Assembly (NCBI RefSeq): GCF_009914755.1 | Contig: NC_060945.1 | Strand: one strand, 5' to 3' | DNA length: 64,000 nt | Source of the DNA: the human T2T-CHM13v2.0 reference genome, Homo sapiens | Part shown: positions 1 through 15,384 of the stretch, piece after piece | Layout: each line of letters starts with the position of its first letter | How positions within the stretch are numbered: position 1 is the first letter of the stretch | Made by a program: the position numbers and the translations under genes | The notes under the pieces: model-generated | The model's input: the letters and a program-made list of their open reading frames with translations, nothing else | What the model was told of the DNA's origin: nothing | Database searches by the model: none

Positions 1-51
1 GCTTCGTCAACATTTTGAGTAAATTTTTTTTGGCATTCCTGTTGTGTTTGG

Positions 52-333
52 GTTTCTCTCTCCCTCTGTCATGCAGGCTGGAGTGCAGTGGTGCAATCAT
101 ACTTTACTGCAGCTTTGAAATCTTGGGCTCAAGTGATTGCCTTTCCTCAGCCTCCTGAGCAGGTGAGACCACAGGCATGTACCACTCTACCTGGCTATAT
201 ATATATTTTTTTTTTGGTAGAGATAGGTGCTGTTATGTTGCCCAGGCTGGTCTTGAACTCTTGGCTTCAAGTGGTCTTCTACCTTGGCCCCCAAAAATGT
301 TGAGATCATAGGCACCCGTCACCACACCTGGCC
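52..333 (-). mobile_element. Alu (AluJ-like)
   Basis: Diverged antisense Alu: caggctggagtgcagtggtgcaatcat...accacacctggcc. Confidence 0.9.
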
Positions 334-879
334 CTCTCTTGAATCTGTAATAACATATACTAGAATCCTCATAATACTATTATAACCATGTTTCAAAGGT
401 TGGAGAGGTTTATAAGGACATCTCTGTAATTAGACCCATCAAAGAAAAATCCAGTTGATATGTGTGCTTAAAATACTCCATCAATGAACCTGAACTGCCC
501 CCCCTGCCACATATAACTATTGCAGAATATCAGGGTAGTTAAAACTTTAGGTCCTGTGTAGGCAGATACTTTTCCTATGAGTCAAAGAAATGAGATGTTC
601 AATGCCCATATATTGTGATATTTGTGTCACCAAGCTGGGTGAATTGGAAGAGTGTGTAGGAAGAGTATTCCTAGAGGTCATTTCTACACTAGACTAGCTG
701 GTGATAAGTTCATGTGGAAGTAATTGTGAAGCACATACATTTATCCTGTTAAACCCAAACTAAACTTAATCCCACCCCTGAGCCAGAACACAAAAATCAC
801 GGCAGCCACTCCAGTTCCACCAGTCATGAGGGGAAGTGTGATAGAGGGAAACTGAAGTAGGTGGAGACAGTGGTCTAAT

Positions 880-1800
<921 letters not shown>

Positions 1801-3719
1801 GCTTGCCCTTTTGTGTGTCAGGTATCTTGGATTAGGATCTGATCTCTTCAATCTAATAATTAGTTGAGCTGAATTAGAGTTGAGGTTGCCACTCCAGTTG
1901 ATTTAGTTCACCTCTGGTTTCAAATATCTTGAGTGTGAGATCACCCTCTCTCCAGGAAGGCTATGAAATCTAAGCACCATGACACCACAACATTTCTCTC
2001 TGCTTTTCTGTGTCATCTCCTGACTTCTTGGACACCATTTATTCAATAAATTTCTATGAGAGAGAGTTGGAAGACGGACAGAGATGTCCAATGCTGTATT
2101 TGGGATTCCTCCAGGTTCAAGTCTAACACTAGCTGTAAAATTTCCAGTTAGTTTCTCCTTATTCCCCCAAATTTTATTTGCCTGTAGCAGACTTGATTTT
2201 CTGTCCATCTACAACCCCATGCTTGACAACTTACCACAGGAATGGAAGGGACCAGTTTTCTCACCTGACATGGGCTCATCCATCTCTGGAATTTAGTTTA
2301 TTTGGATTTCGAATCTATAGGTTTTAAATAGTTTTAAAGAAAAAGACAATTTAATAGCTTACCAGTGCTTTATCCTTGCTCTGCTGGAGTGGTGGTCTTT
2401 TGTGATTTTTTACATCCTAACCAGAAGTTGAAACACTTAATATCTTTTTAATTTTGTAAAATCTCCTTTTTTTTCATTTTTGCATTTTACATTTCTTTTA
2501 AGGCATTATTTGTTTTGTTTATTGGCTCTGATGTCCCTTCTAATTTAGTTTTTATTTCTGAAAAATTTCCTTTATACTTCTAATTCTGTTTTGTGTTCTG
2601 TCATCTTCATCTGTCTTTCAAATCTTATATTTCTAAATGTTTCTAATTATGATTTAAATGATACTTTAAGATACTTTAATGACACCTATCATTTTCCTAG
2701 TTCTTTTTACCTCATTTCAAATATTAGGTTACATTTTCATCTTCATTGAATGTGTACCTCTCTGTTGTATTTTCATTGTCTGTAGGGCCAATATTATTGT
2801 TGTTATTAATATGTTATTATTCTGCTTTCTCTTATCATAACTTTATATTAGATTTGGCTATCATCCATTTTATTGCTTTTTTTAAAGTGAAACAAGTTTT
2901 TCTTTGTTCATAGGATGAGGCATAGGTCAAGACAGGTTTTCAAACTTCATGGGTCTACATTCCCTCTTCTGTTGTTTTTCCAAAATGATTTCAAAAATAC
3001 TGCCTGTGTTTTCTGAGATCTGACATTCTGATCCCATTCTGCATTTTCTTCTAAGTCATTTCTCTTATCTGGACATTTTGTTTGCTAGCTTTGAAGACTT
3101 ATAGACTGCTTCACTGTGGTCAGAATAGTATTGTGGTCTCCTTTACCCACTCAGGAACTGAACCCGGTAGAGTCATCTCCCAACCTGCCACTCTCGGATT
3201 GGAGCTCTGTGCTTTCAGTGAACACAGGTCAGCAGTGTTGTTTTTTCCTGTCCTCTGGACTGTTGGAATCCCAGTTGACTTCCCCAACTTGCCAGTTGTT
3301 TCCCTTTACACAGATCCTCATACCACGTGGGTCCTGCAGCTGTTGGTGGTTTGTGCCACACACTCTTACTGTGAGATTCTTTGGGATTCCTGGTCATTGA
3401 TTTTGTTGTAGAAGTACAAAGTCTTTGATTTTGATATGCTAGTTATTCAGTCTGTTTTTATAAGGAAATTTGAGGAGATTAAATTATTAAACCCTATAAT
3501 CTCCCCAGAATCCTTGTCATAATTATGTTCAAAAGACTATAAAAGAAAAAAATAGTTTACTAATTATCCACCTCTGGTGCCAGTCAACTGAGATATTTCT
3601 GGAAAGGATGGTTCTCTCTCAGTTTGATGGCTAGACAAGGTCATACACACCATCTATGGCTGTTTGCAAAGACCCCCCAAAAGCCTGATCTGGTTCCTTG
3701 ACACCTTGAATTTTCTCTG

Positions 3720-4057
3720 TCAAGGGCTGAACTGTGTCCCCCAAAAGTCATCTGTTGAAGTCCTAACCCCCAGTACCTCAGAATGTGACTGGATTTGGAG
3801 ATAGGACTTTTAAGGAGGTGACTGAGGTTAAATGAGGTCACAGGAATGGGTTCTAATTTAAACTGACTGGCATCTTTGTAAGGAGAGGAGGTTAGGACAC
3901 AAACAGACACAAAAGGAAGACCCTGTGTAGACTCAGGAGAAGACGCCATCTGCAAGCCAAGGAGAAGGGCTTCAGACTGAAATGAAATGAAACCCCCACT
4001 ACAGACACCTTGATCTTGGACTTCCAGCCTCCAGAACTGTGAGAAAATAAATGTCTG
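3720..4057 (+). mobile_element. MaLR LTR (MLT1A/B-like), 3' end lost at the Alu
   Basis: gggctgaactgtgtccccc...gaagtcctaacccccagtacctcagaatgtgact...ccttgatcttggacttccagcctccagaactgtgagaaaataaat. Confidence 0.85.
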
Positions 4058-4525
<468 letters not shown>

Positions 4526-6104
4526 TTAAATTATACCAAATATTTTCTTGCTCTCTCTCTCTGTGTCTCTCTGAGTTTTACTCCAAAGGTTTTCTGGAGA
4601 GGGCGCGCGGTGGAAACCAGACTTTGTTGGCGGAAAGAGATGGTTCAAACCTTTTGTCTGCTGCTTGCTCACTGGACGTTGGGCGAGGCATCTTACATGT
4701 TTGAGCCACTGCTTCCTCATTTGTAACTGGGAAATGATGCCCTCTCAACGGATAGACATGAGCGTTATATGAGATAAAGCTGTAATTTGCTTCCTGGCCC
4801 ATAACAGACCCCAAATAAATGCTATTTTCCATTTCTTCTCTTCCTTCTCCCAACCCATAGTTAGCCAGAAAAAAACCAGTTATGAACCAAAGAAAATTCC
4901 AGTTCACTGAATCCCTGTTTACATTTATGTAAATTAGAAGCATAAATGTAAATTACATTTATGTGCACTGCACTCCCAAATCAGTGTCCTCAGCAGGAGT
5001 TCAAAGAGGTGCTGCTCCCAGACTCAGGAAGTGCACCACTAGGCCGGTCCATGGACAGTCTTCTGAGCATGGGCCCCTCTCAGAAACAGAGGCTGTTTCA
5101 AGAATTCTATAGACATTGCATTTATTGGGCAACTGGCAAGCTGATGTCCCACCTAGTGGTTAGTGGGAGGTAGCCCATTTCAAGAAGAGATGAGAAGACC
5201 TTTCATAATATCTTCTGCTGGGCAGAGCCTGAAGAACTGTGTCAGCTCACCCCATTCTCTCCATTTACAGAGGCCTGGGCACGTACAGCACAAGCGTGAG
5301 GCATGACAGGTGCAGCGTGCAACGTCCTCTGGCAATGAGGGTGGGGCTGGTGAGAGTCACTCTCCTGGAGAGAGAGAGAAAGTCCTGAGATTAAGAGGCA
5401 TACCTTTGAATGGTTTCCCTAAAATATAAAATATTTCAAATACACAGAAAAGTTTATAACACACAACACATTCCCCACCCAACTCTCTTGAGTGCTAACA
5501 TTTTGTCACACTTGCTTTCTGTTTTATTAAGAAGCAAAACAATATATATGCCGTCAAATCTCCTAAAATACCCTTCCACGACCCTTTCTCTTCCCTGTCT
5601 TTCACCCAGTGGTAACCATCAGCTCCAATTTTGTGTGTACCTTTAATGGCATTCAAAAATTCCACTAACATCCCATGTGTGAATCCATTTTTTACATGTT
5701 TTCAAAATTTATTTTATTGATGACATGCTGTATGTATTTTTTCTATTATGAATAATGCAATGAACTTTCTTGTGCCATTTTCCCTATGGAACTTCTGCAA
5801 AAGTTTCTCTATTATTTTTTTACATGTGGAACTGCTGGATCAAAGAGCAAATGTTTTCTTTCCAGAGGTATTGTACCAAATTACCCTTCAAATCTCCAGA
5901 GGTAAGAAGACCTCATGCTCTATATTTGCACTTATGTTGAGATTGTTAGTCTTCTTAATATTTTCCATTTGATGGTTATGAAATGACATTTCATACTGTT
6001 TTGATTCATAGTTTCTTATTTAGTAGCTATATTGAACATCTTTTTATGTTTCTTGGCCTTGTATTTTTTTTCTCTTCTGAATGGTCTGTTGATATCTTTT
6101 GCCT

Positions 6105-6393
6105 TTTATTTTTAGTTTTCAGACAGGGTCTCGTTCTGTCATTCAGGCTGGAGTGCAGTGGCGGGATCACAGCTCACTGTAAACTTTGTCTCCCAGGTTC
6201 AAGCAATCCTGCCTCCTCAGCCTCCTGAGTAGCTGGGACTACAGGTGCACGCCACCATGGCTGGCTAATTTTTGTGTTTTTTGTAGAGACAGAGTTTTGC
6301 CATGTTGCCCAGGCTGGTCCCGAATTCCTGAGCTCAAGTGATCCTCCCACTGTGGGCCTCCCAAAGTGCCAGGCATGAGCCACTGTGCCTGGC
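6105..6393 (-). mobile_element. Alu (AluJ-like)
   Basis: agacagggtctc...gagccactgtgcctggcc. Confidence 0.92.
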
Positions 6394-6867
6394 CCCTTTT
6401 ATTTTTTAGTTGGACTTTTTTCCTTACTGATTCTCAGGGTTGCCTTATATATTCCTAATAGGAATCCCCATTTTCGGTTATATGCTTTGCAAATATCTTC
6501 TCCCATCTGTATCTTATCTTTTTTATAAGTAAAAAGTTTAAAATAGAGTTATATACATTCATAAAAATGCACAAATCATAAATGTAGAGCTCAATGAATT
6601 GTTACACCCATGTAACCATCCAGATCCAAGAATTGGAATACAACTTGCCCTACTTCCTGACCATTCTAGCACCTGCCACACTCCCAAGATAAGCACCGTG
6701 CAGATTTCTGAGTAACTTTGTGTTGTTTTGAACTTTATATGATGAAGTCGCACACCATATACTCTTTGGTTTTTGTTTTTTTTCACTTGATTATAAAGTT
6801 GCAAGATTCGCTTATAATGTTGCGTGCAGCAGTCATTGTTTATTTCCCATTTCTATTTAGTATTTCA

Positions 6868-7275
<408 letters not shown>

Positions 7276-7679
7276 TTATGAATAAAGCTGCTGTGAACAT
7301 TCTGGTACATGCCTTTTGGTGCGCACAGAGCGAAAGTGCGAGGTCATAGGGCCCACGCGTCCAGCGTTTGTAAAGTCTGCCTGTAATGATGCTGCGAGTG
7401 CTGAAGACCCTTCCATTTTCGACCTGTCAGGATGTTAGCTGCTGCTGGGAGCTGCCTGGCCAAATGCTATCCTCTTAGCCCAGTGACAGTCCTGATTTAA
7501 TGACTAGGAGATGTGGGGATAAAACAGCCCAGCCCCACAGGTTAATGCTGGACGTCTCTGAAGGACCATCCCAGCTTCAGAACTTCCTGAAGGATCACCT
7601 GAAGTCTCCATTTCAAAGTTGAACAGAAGCAGTCAGGACAAATACAATTTTCCCTTCTTACCAGTGTAAGGGGGAAAGC

Positions 7680-8700
7680 AACCTTGTATTTCTGGAATCA
7701 ACTCCATTGGTCATGATGTATTTTTTATATTTTCCTTGTTATTATTGGTAGTATTTTAAAAAAGATGTTTGGACCTAACTGCATGAGGGATATTGGACTA
7801 TCATTTTCTTCTCTTATCTTCTCTTGCCATAAAATGAGTAGGGAAGAGTTTCCTCCTACTATATTTCTGAAAGAGATTGGTATTTTTATTTCTATTTGAT
7901 AGACTTTACTGGTGGAACCATCTGGGATGAGTAATTTCTTTGTGAGAAAATTTTAAAATTACAAAATTCAATTTCTCACTATATATATATATGTAGATGC
8001 GATTTCTCCTAGGTTTATAATTTGTGTCTCACAAGGAATTTGTTCATTTCATCTAAATTGTCACATGTATTGGCATAAAGTTGTTTATAATATAACTTTA
8101 TTAATTTTTTACTATTTGTAGGTACTATAGTAATGAGCCCTCTTTATTCCTGATATTGATAATCTGTGTGTTGTCTCTTCAGTTTTTTTTTTCTTAATCA
8201 GTCTATTTAGAAGTTTATCAATCAACCAGCTTTTGATTTCCTGTAAGTTTTCCTATTATTTGTCCACTTCCAATTTCACTGATTTCAGCTCTTTACTGTT
8301 TCCTTCATTCTTTTGATTTTGATATTATATTACTCCTCTTTTTTCTTCTAATTTCTTTAGGTTGATACTTAGATAACTGATGTTAGACTTTTCCTGTTTT
8401 TCAATAAAGAATACATTTCTGACTACATGGCAGCATCCCACATATTTTGATATTATATTTTCATTCACTCGCATTGAAATATTTCTAATTTCCTTTGTGA
8501 TCTCTTCTTTGACCGATGAATTACTTAGAAATGTACTACTTAATTTCCAAACATTTGTGGATTTTCTAGATATCTCTTTTAGTGGCTTGTATTTTAACTT
8601 CATTGTAGTTAGGGTACATACTTGGTATGATATAAATCCTTTAAAATTTATTGAAACTGTTTCTGACACTGGATATGGTCTATAGTGAATGTTCCGTGTA
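7680..8700 (-). mobile_element. L1 ORF2 fragment (old L1M)
   Basis: ORF 8325-8669(-) resembles the L1 endonuclease/linker region (WKLSSTFLSNSSVKEEITKEI...LKKLEEK). Confidence 0.8.
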
Positions 8701-8904
8701 CACTTTTTACAAGATCTCTCTTAAATAAAATGCAAAGCTATAAAATTTCTAGAAGAAAATTTGCATAACCTTAGGTCTATTGATGAGATTTTACATATAC
8801 AACACTAAATGCATGATCCATTTAAAAAGTTTATAAGTTATTTACAAGATCTCTCTTAATTTATATAAATATACATTGAAATCAGTACTGCCTGCATCAC
8901 TGAC

Positions 8905-9199
8905 TTTTATTTTTTATTTTTATTTGTAATTTTTTTTTTTTTTTGAGGCTGGAGTCATTGGCACGATCTCTGCTCACTGCAACCTCTGCCTCCTGGGTTC
9001 AAGTGATTCTCCTGCCTCAGCCTCCTGAGTAGCTGGGACTACAGGCATGTGCCACCACGCCCGGCTAATTTTTGTATTTTTAGTAGAGATGAGGTTTCAC
9101 CATATTGGCCAGGCTGTTCTCGAACTCCTGACCTCGTGATCCTCCTGCCTCAGCCTCCCAAAGTGCTGGGATTAGAGGCGTGAGTCACCGCACCTGGCC
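8905..9199 (-). mobile_element. Alu (AluS-like)
   Basis: Antisense Alu with a T-rich tail. Confidence 0.93.
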
Positions 9200-9234
9200 G
9201 TATTTTTTATTTTTAATTTGTTATTATTTGGGTG

Positions 9235-9482
9235 AATTTAAGGGGTACAAGTGCAATTTTGTTACATGATTATATTGAGTAGTGGTGAAGTCTGGGATGT
9301 TAGTGTATCCGTCATCAGAATAATGTACATTGTGCCCATTAAATCATTTCTCCTCATCCACCTCCCTCCCACCCTCCACCCTTCATAGTCGCCAGTGTCC
9401 AGTAATCCACAGTCTCTGTCCATGTGTACACATCCTTTAGGTCCCATTGATAAGTGAGAACGTGTGGTATTTGTCTCTTTCT
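9235..9482 (-). mobile_element. L1 3'UTR end (L1PB/L1MA-like)
   Basis: ggggtacaagtgcaattttgttacatg...cccattgataagtgagaacgtgtggtatttg. Confidence 0.8.
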
Positions 9483-10114
9483 AAATCTCCACGGGTTTAA
9501 CATAACCTAAAGCATCTGTTGGTAAACTCAGCGTTTCAGGTGTGAAAACTCTGAAAGTAGAGGCACCATCCAGCGAGATGAAGCAGTCAACTCTGACCCT
9601 ACCCTAATGTGTGACTTAAGAGTCCTGAGCACCTGAGCACCTTACTCTGAAGATGACTGTCCCCAAGGGCATGCTGTGTCCTAGCCCAGTGTCAGTAACA
9701 GAGCTCCTTCTGCCTCATGCCTTACCCTCTTCTCCCTCTGCTCAAGAACCAGTTGTTTGGCTGTGAAAGTGGCACCGCGTAGGGAAGGGAGTCACACACC
9801 CAGCCCTGAATCCTGAACCGGCTGGGCACAGGTGTGCTGTGAGAGTCTCGGAGCCTCCCACAGGGATCATCTTGCCTGCCTTGCAGGTTGGGTATGGACG
9901 ATACATCACTTATGTGTGGTGCCAGCCACAGAGTGAGCAATGAACACATTCATTCATTTATTCCACAAATATTTATTAAGCAACTGCTTTACACCAACAA
10001 CACCGTCCAGGCACTTGGGATAGGGTAGTGATTAAAATATAAAAAGGCCTGCCCACGTGGGGCTTAGACTCTAAAAAGCAGCAAAGAAAATGTAAACAAA
10101 TAAACATATTTCAG

Positions 10115-10290
10115 GTCAGGAGTTGGCTGGGGCTGCTGGAACAAACTGCCACAGGCCGGGTGGTTTGAACAACTGAAATCTCTTACTGATCTTCCTAGAG
10201 GCCGGAAGTCCAAGGTTGAGGTGTCCCTGGGGTTGGTTCCTGCTGGGGCTGTGAGGGGAAATCTGCCCAGGCCTCACCTCAGCTGTAGAT
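10115..10290 (-). mobile_element. MLT1 LTR, first part (interrupted by HERV-H)
   Basis: ggctgctggaacaaactgccacag...ggaagtccaaggttgaggtgt...gctgtgaggggaaatctg. Confidence 0.7.
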
Positions 10291-11803
10291 GACCGGGCTG
10301 GTCCCGCCCAGGTCCAGCCTGGAAGGAGAATATCTCCTTGGTCTAAGAACCATTTGCCTTGTGTGGGAAGAGATTGATAGGTGGAAGTTTCAGCGGGGGA
10401 GTAGGTGGGAGTGACTGATGTGAAGGAGAAAAACTAGCCATGAGGGACAGAAGTTGGAATGCTAGCTGTTTGTCTAGCCACCTTATCAGCATAAGCATTG
10501 CCTAGAGCAATGGGATCTGATGCCTTTTGATGCCCCTTGCAGTGAATGACTCCAGCTTCCTTTGGAAGTAAAGCGGCTTTGAGAAGTGTTTTTATTGAAG
10601 AGGGATTAATGATAGAGGATCCTTGTGTAGTGAGGAAACCTCTTGTATGGTGGTGCAGGATATGGATGGCATATTTAGAGTCAGTATAAATATTGACGTG
10701 TAGTCCCTTTGCAAGAGTGAGGACTTGACTTAAGGCAATGAGTTCGGCTTGCTGAGAGGTAGTGGATGGGGGCAGAGCGATAGCCTCAATGATAGGTGTG
10801 GAAGATACTATAGCATAGCCTGCCTTTGCTGGTGAGTGGCGATTAGGCCTAGTGGAACTGCCATCAATAAACCAAGTGTGATCAGGGTGAGGAACAGGAA
10901 AGAAGGAAATATGGGGAAATGGGGTGAATGTCAGGTGGATCAGAGAGATACAGTCATGGGGATCAGGTGTGGTATCAGGAGTAATGTGGGAGGCTGGATT
11001 GAAGGCCGGGCTAGGAACAATGGTAATTGTGGGAGACTCAACAAAGAGTGAGTACAGCTGAAGGAGCCGGGGAGCAGAAAGTATATGTGTCAGGTGTGAG
11101 GAAGAAAATAGATTTTGGAAGTTATGAGAACTGTAGAGAGTGAGTTGAGCATAGTTTGTGATTTTAAGGGCCTCTAAAAGTATTAGGGCAGTGGCGGCCG
11201 CCGCACGCAGACTTGAGGGCTAGGCAAAATAGTAAGGTCAAGTTGTTTGGACAGAAAGGCTACAGGGTGCGGTCCCAGCTCTTGTGTAAGAATTCTGACC
11301 ACACTAACCATGCCTAGGAAGGAAAGGAGTTGTTGTTTTGTAGGTGCTGGGGTTTGAGAGATCAGTAGGACATGATCAGCAGGGAGAGCACGTGTGTTTT
11401 TATGAGAATTATGCCGAGATAGGTAACAGATGAGGATGAAATTTGGGCTTGACTGAAGTAATGGGGGCTATCTGTGAAGGCTTGTGGCAGTACAGCCCAG
11501 GTAATTTGCTGAACCTGATGGGTGTTAGGGTCAGTCTAAGTGAAAGCAAAGAAAGGCTAGGATGAAGGGTGCAAAGGGATAGTAATGAAAGCATGTTTGA
11601 GATCCAGAACAGAATAATGGGTTGTGGAGGGAGGTATTGAGGATAGGAGAGTATATGGGTTTGGCACCATGGGGTGGATAGGCAAAACAACTTGGTCAAT
11701 AAGGCGCAGATCCTGAACTAACCTGTAAGGCTTGTCTGGTTCTAGGACAGGTAAAATGGGGGAATTGTAAGGAGAGTTTATAGGCTTTAAAAGGCCATGC
11801 TGT

Positions 11804-12164
<361 letters not shown>

Positions 12165-14465
12165 TTAGGTTTTAATGAGATGGTAAGGGGTGCATGATCG
12201 GTCGCCAAGGAGGGAGTAGAGGTATCCTATACTTGTGGGTTAAGGTCGGGGGAAACAAGAGGAGGACGCAAAGGAGGCTTTGGATTGGGAAGAAGGGTGG
12301 CAATGAGATGTGGCTACAGTCCAGGAATAGTCAGGGAAGCAGATAATTTAGTTAGTGTCTCGGCCTAATAAGGGAACTGGGCAGGTGGGGATAATTAAAA
12401 ATAAGTGCTTAAAACAGTATCGTCTAAGTTGGCGCCAGAGTTGGGGAGTTTTAAGAGGTTTAGAAGCCTGGCCGTCAATACCCACAACAGTTATGGAGGC
12501 AAGGGAAACAGGCCTTTGAAAAGGAGGTAATGTGGAGTGGGTAGTCTCCGTATTGACTAAGAAGGGGATGGACTTTCCCTCCACCGTGAGAGTTACTCGA
12601 AGTTCGGCATCCGTGATGGTCTAGGGGGCTTCTGAGGCGATTGGGCAGTGTCAGTCTTCAGCTGCTAAGCCGAGAAGATCTGGGAAGGAGTCAGTCAGAG
12701 AGCCTTGGGCCAGAGTTCCAGGGGCTCTGGGAGTGGCTGTCAGGTGAGTTGAACAGTCCGATTTTCAGTGGGGTCCCGCACAGATGGGATGCGGCTTAGG
12801 AGGAATCCTGGGCTGCAGGCATTCCTTGGCCTGGTGGCCAGATTTCTGGCACTTGTAGCATGCTCCCGGGGGAGGAGGTTCTGGAGGAACCCCTGGCAGC
12901 TGCGCTTCAGGCGTTTGGAAGTTCTTGTGTCCTGGAGATGTGGCTGGGGTTTGTCTCACAGTGGAGGCAAGGAATTGCAACTCAGAAATATGTTGCTACT
13001 TGGCTGCTTCTACTCTATTATTGTACACCTTGAAGGTGAGGTTAATTAAGTCCTGTTGTGGGGTTTGAGGGCTGGAATTTATTTTTTGGAGCTTTATTTA
13101 AAGTCGGGAGCGGACTGGGTAATAAAATGTATATTGAGAATAAGACGGCCTTTTGACCTTTCAGGGTCTAGGGCTGTAAAGCGTCTCAGGGTTGCTGCCG
13201 AACGAGCCATGAACTGGGCTGGGTTTTTCATATTTGATGAAAGAGCCTAAACGCTAACTGATTTGGGAGAGGTCGGATAAAGAAAAAGGAGCATTAACCT
13301 TGACTATGCCTTTAGCTCCAGCCACCCTTTTTAAGAGGAAATTGCTGGGCTGGTGGGGGAGGGCTAGTCACGGAACGAAACTGTAAGCCAGACTGGTGTG
13401 AGGAGGGGAGGTGATAAAAGGATTATAAGGTGGAAGAGCGGAGGCTGAGGAAGAATTGGGACCTAGCTCAGCCTGGCGAGGAGGGGAGGGGTCAGATGGG
13501 CCTGTAGAAAAGGAAGATTAGAAGGACTCAGCGATGCTTGGGGTTGGGACTGAGGGGACAGGCAGGAGGGAAAGAAGGAAGATTTGGGACGACTTGCATT
13601 GGGAACAGAGACTAGAGAGGGACTGATGTGTAAAAGAATGCCTGGATGTCAGGCACCTCAGACCGTTTGCCTATTTTACAACAAGAATTATTTACATCTT
13701 GTAGAATGGAAAAATTGAAAGTGCCGTTTTCTGGCTATTTGGAACCATTGTCAAGTTTGTATTGGGGTCAGGTGGCATTGCAGAAGAAAATAAGGCATTT
13801 AGGTTTTAGGTCAGGTGTGAGTTGAAGAGGTTTTAGGTTTTTAAGAACACAGGCTAAGGGAGAAGGGGGAATGGAGGGTGGAAGCTTGCCCATAGTGAAG
13901 GAGGTAAGCCCAGAGAAAAGAGAGAGTAGAGACATGGAGAGAAGGGGTGGGGGGTTCTTGACCCCCAGAAAAGCGGAGAAGGGGTGGCGACACAGAGAGA
14001 AGGGGTTGGGGGGTTGTTGCCCCCCAGAAAGGCGGTACTTGCCGCTAAGGGTGAAGGACCAAGGCAGGCGTCCCCGCGTGGTAAAACACCTCTGAAACGT
14101 GGGTGAATAATCAGGGATGTGTCCCCGCGTGATTAAACACCAAGGGAAGACTTCTTGAGTCCGTGACTGGCGCTGGAGTTTTGGGTCCACGGATAAAACG
14201 CGTCTCCTTCGTCTTTACCAGAAAAGGAAAGGAACTGAAATTAAGGGAGAGATTAAAGTGTGGTGCCAAGATTGAAAGGAGAAAGAGGTTGAGGGACAGT
14301 GAGAGAGGTTGGAGAAGAGAGTAAAAACAAGGCCACTTACCGGAGTTAAAATTGGTGAGATGTTCCTTGGGCTGGTTAGTCTGAGGACCAGAGGTCGTAG
14401 GTGGATCTTTCTCATGGAGCAAAGAGCAGGAGGACAGGGGATTGATCTCCCAAGGGAGGCCCCCG

Positions 14466-14483
14466 ATCCGAGTCACGGCACCA
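14466..14483 (-). promoter_or_regulatory. HERV-H primer-binding site (tRNA-His)
   Basis: Minus strand TGGTGCCGTGACTCGGAT is the complement of the 3' 18 nt of tRNA-His (ATCCGAGTCACGGCACCA). Confidence 0.95.
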
Positions 14484-14486
14484 AAA

Positions 14487-14900
14487 TTTCACTCGCGTCC
14501 TTGTGAAGAGACCACCAAACCGGCTTTGTGTGAGCAACAAGGCTGTTTATTTCACGTGGGTGTGGGTGGGCTGAGTCCGAAAAGAGAGTCAGCGAAGGGA
14601 GATAGGGGTGGGGCCATTTCATAAGATTTGGGTAGGTAAAGGAAAATTACAGGCAAAGGAGGGTTGTTCTCTGGCGGGCAGGAGTGGGGGTCACAAGGTG
14701 CTCAGTAGGGGAGCTTTTGAGCCAGGATGAGCCAGGAGAAGGAATTTCACAAGATAATGTCATCAGTTAAGGCAGGAACAGGCCATTTTCACTTCTTTTG
14801 TGGTGGAATGTCATCAGTTAAGGCAGGAACCGGCCATCTGGATGTGTATGTGCAGGTCACAGGGGATATGATGGCTTAGCTTGGGCTCAGAGGCCTGACA
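14487..14900 (-). mobile_element. LTR7 (5' LTR of HERV-H)
   Basis: Minus strand starts tgtcaggcctctgagcccaagctaagcc, has duplicated ttcctgccttaactgatgacatt and an AATAAA, and ends immediately before the PBS. Confidence 0.95.
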
Positions 14901-15012
14901 TCCTCTCAACCCCCAACTAATTACATTTGCAAAGACGCTATTTTAAAATAAGGTCACATCCTGAGGTTCTGGGTAGATGTGAAATTTGGGGGATACTATT
15001 CAACCCCTTACA
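14901..15012 (-). mobile_element. MLT1 LTR, remaining part
   Basis: aactaattacatttgcaaagacgctattttaaaataaggtcacatcctgaggttctggg...actattcaaccc. Confidence 0.75.
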
Positions 15013-15384
15013 GGCATTCACACTGGGCTCAGCATGTGGTAGCAAGGTAGTCACCCACAGTGGCTGGAAGCTCCTTCCTTTAGGCCTGAGACAGGAGGCC
15101 CTGAGAGTCCTGGTCCCGACCTGGTGAGCCCTGCTCCCGCCCCAGATGACCCCTCATGACCCCTAATCTTTGGGGACAAGCCTGCTGACACTGACCAGGC
15201 TGGAGGACATTTGTTTGCTCCCCTCCTCCAGCACCCAGGGCAGCCCTGGAGTTTTTTCTAGCTTTCCCCGATTCTTTTTTCAGCCCTATTTTATTTTCTG
15301 CATCTTTTTTTCCTATATCTCAAGTAGCCTGCAATCAAACCAAAGGCACGGTCTGAATGTTGTGGTTATTGAGAGGGTAAAGTT

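Noticed and set aside
12348-12980. Retroviral gag zinc-knuckle and protease ORFs as functional genes
   Set aside because: Short fragments with stops and frameshifts; the protease catalytic DTG is mutated to NTE.
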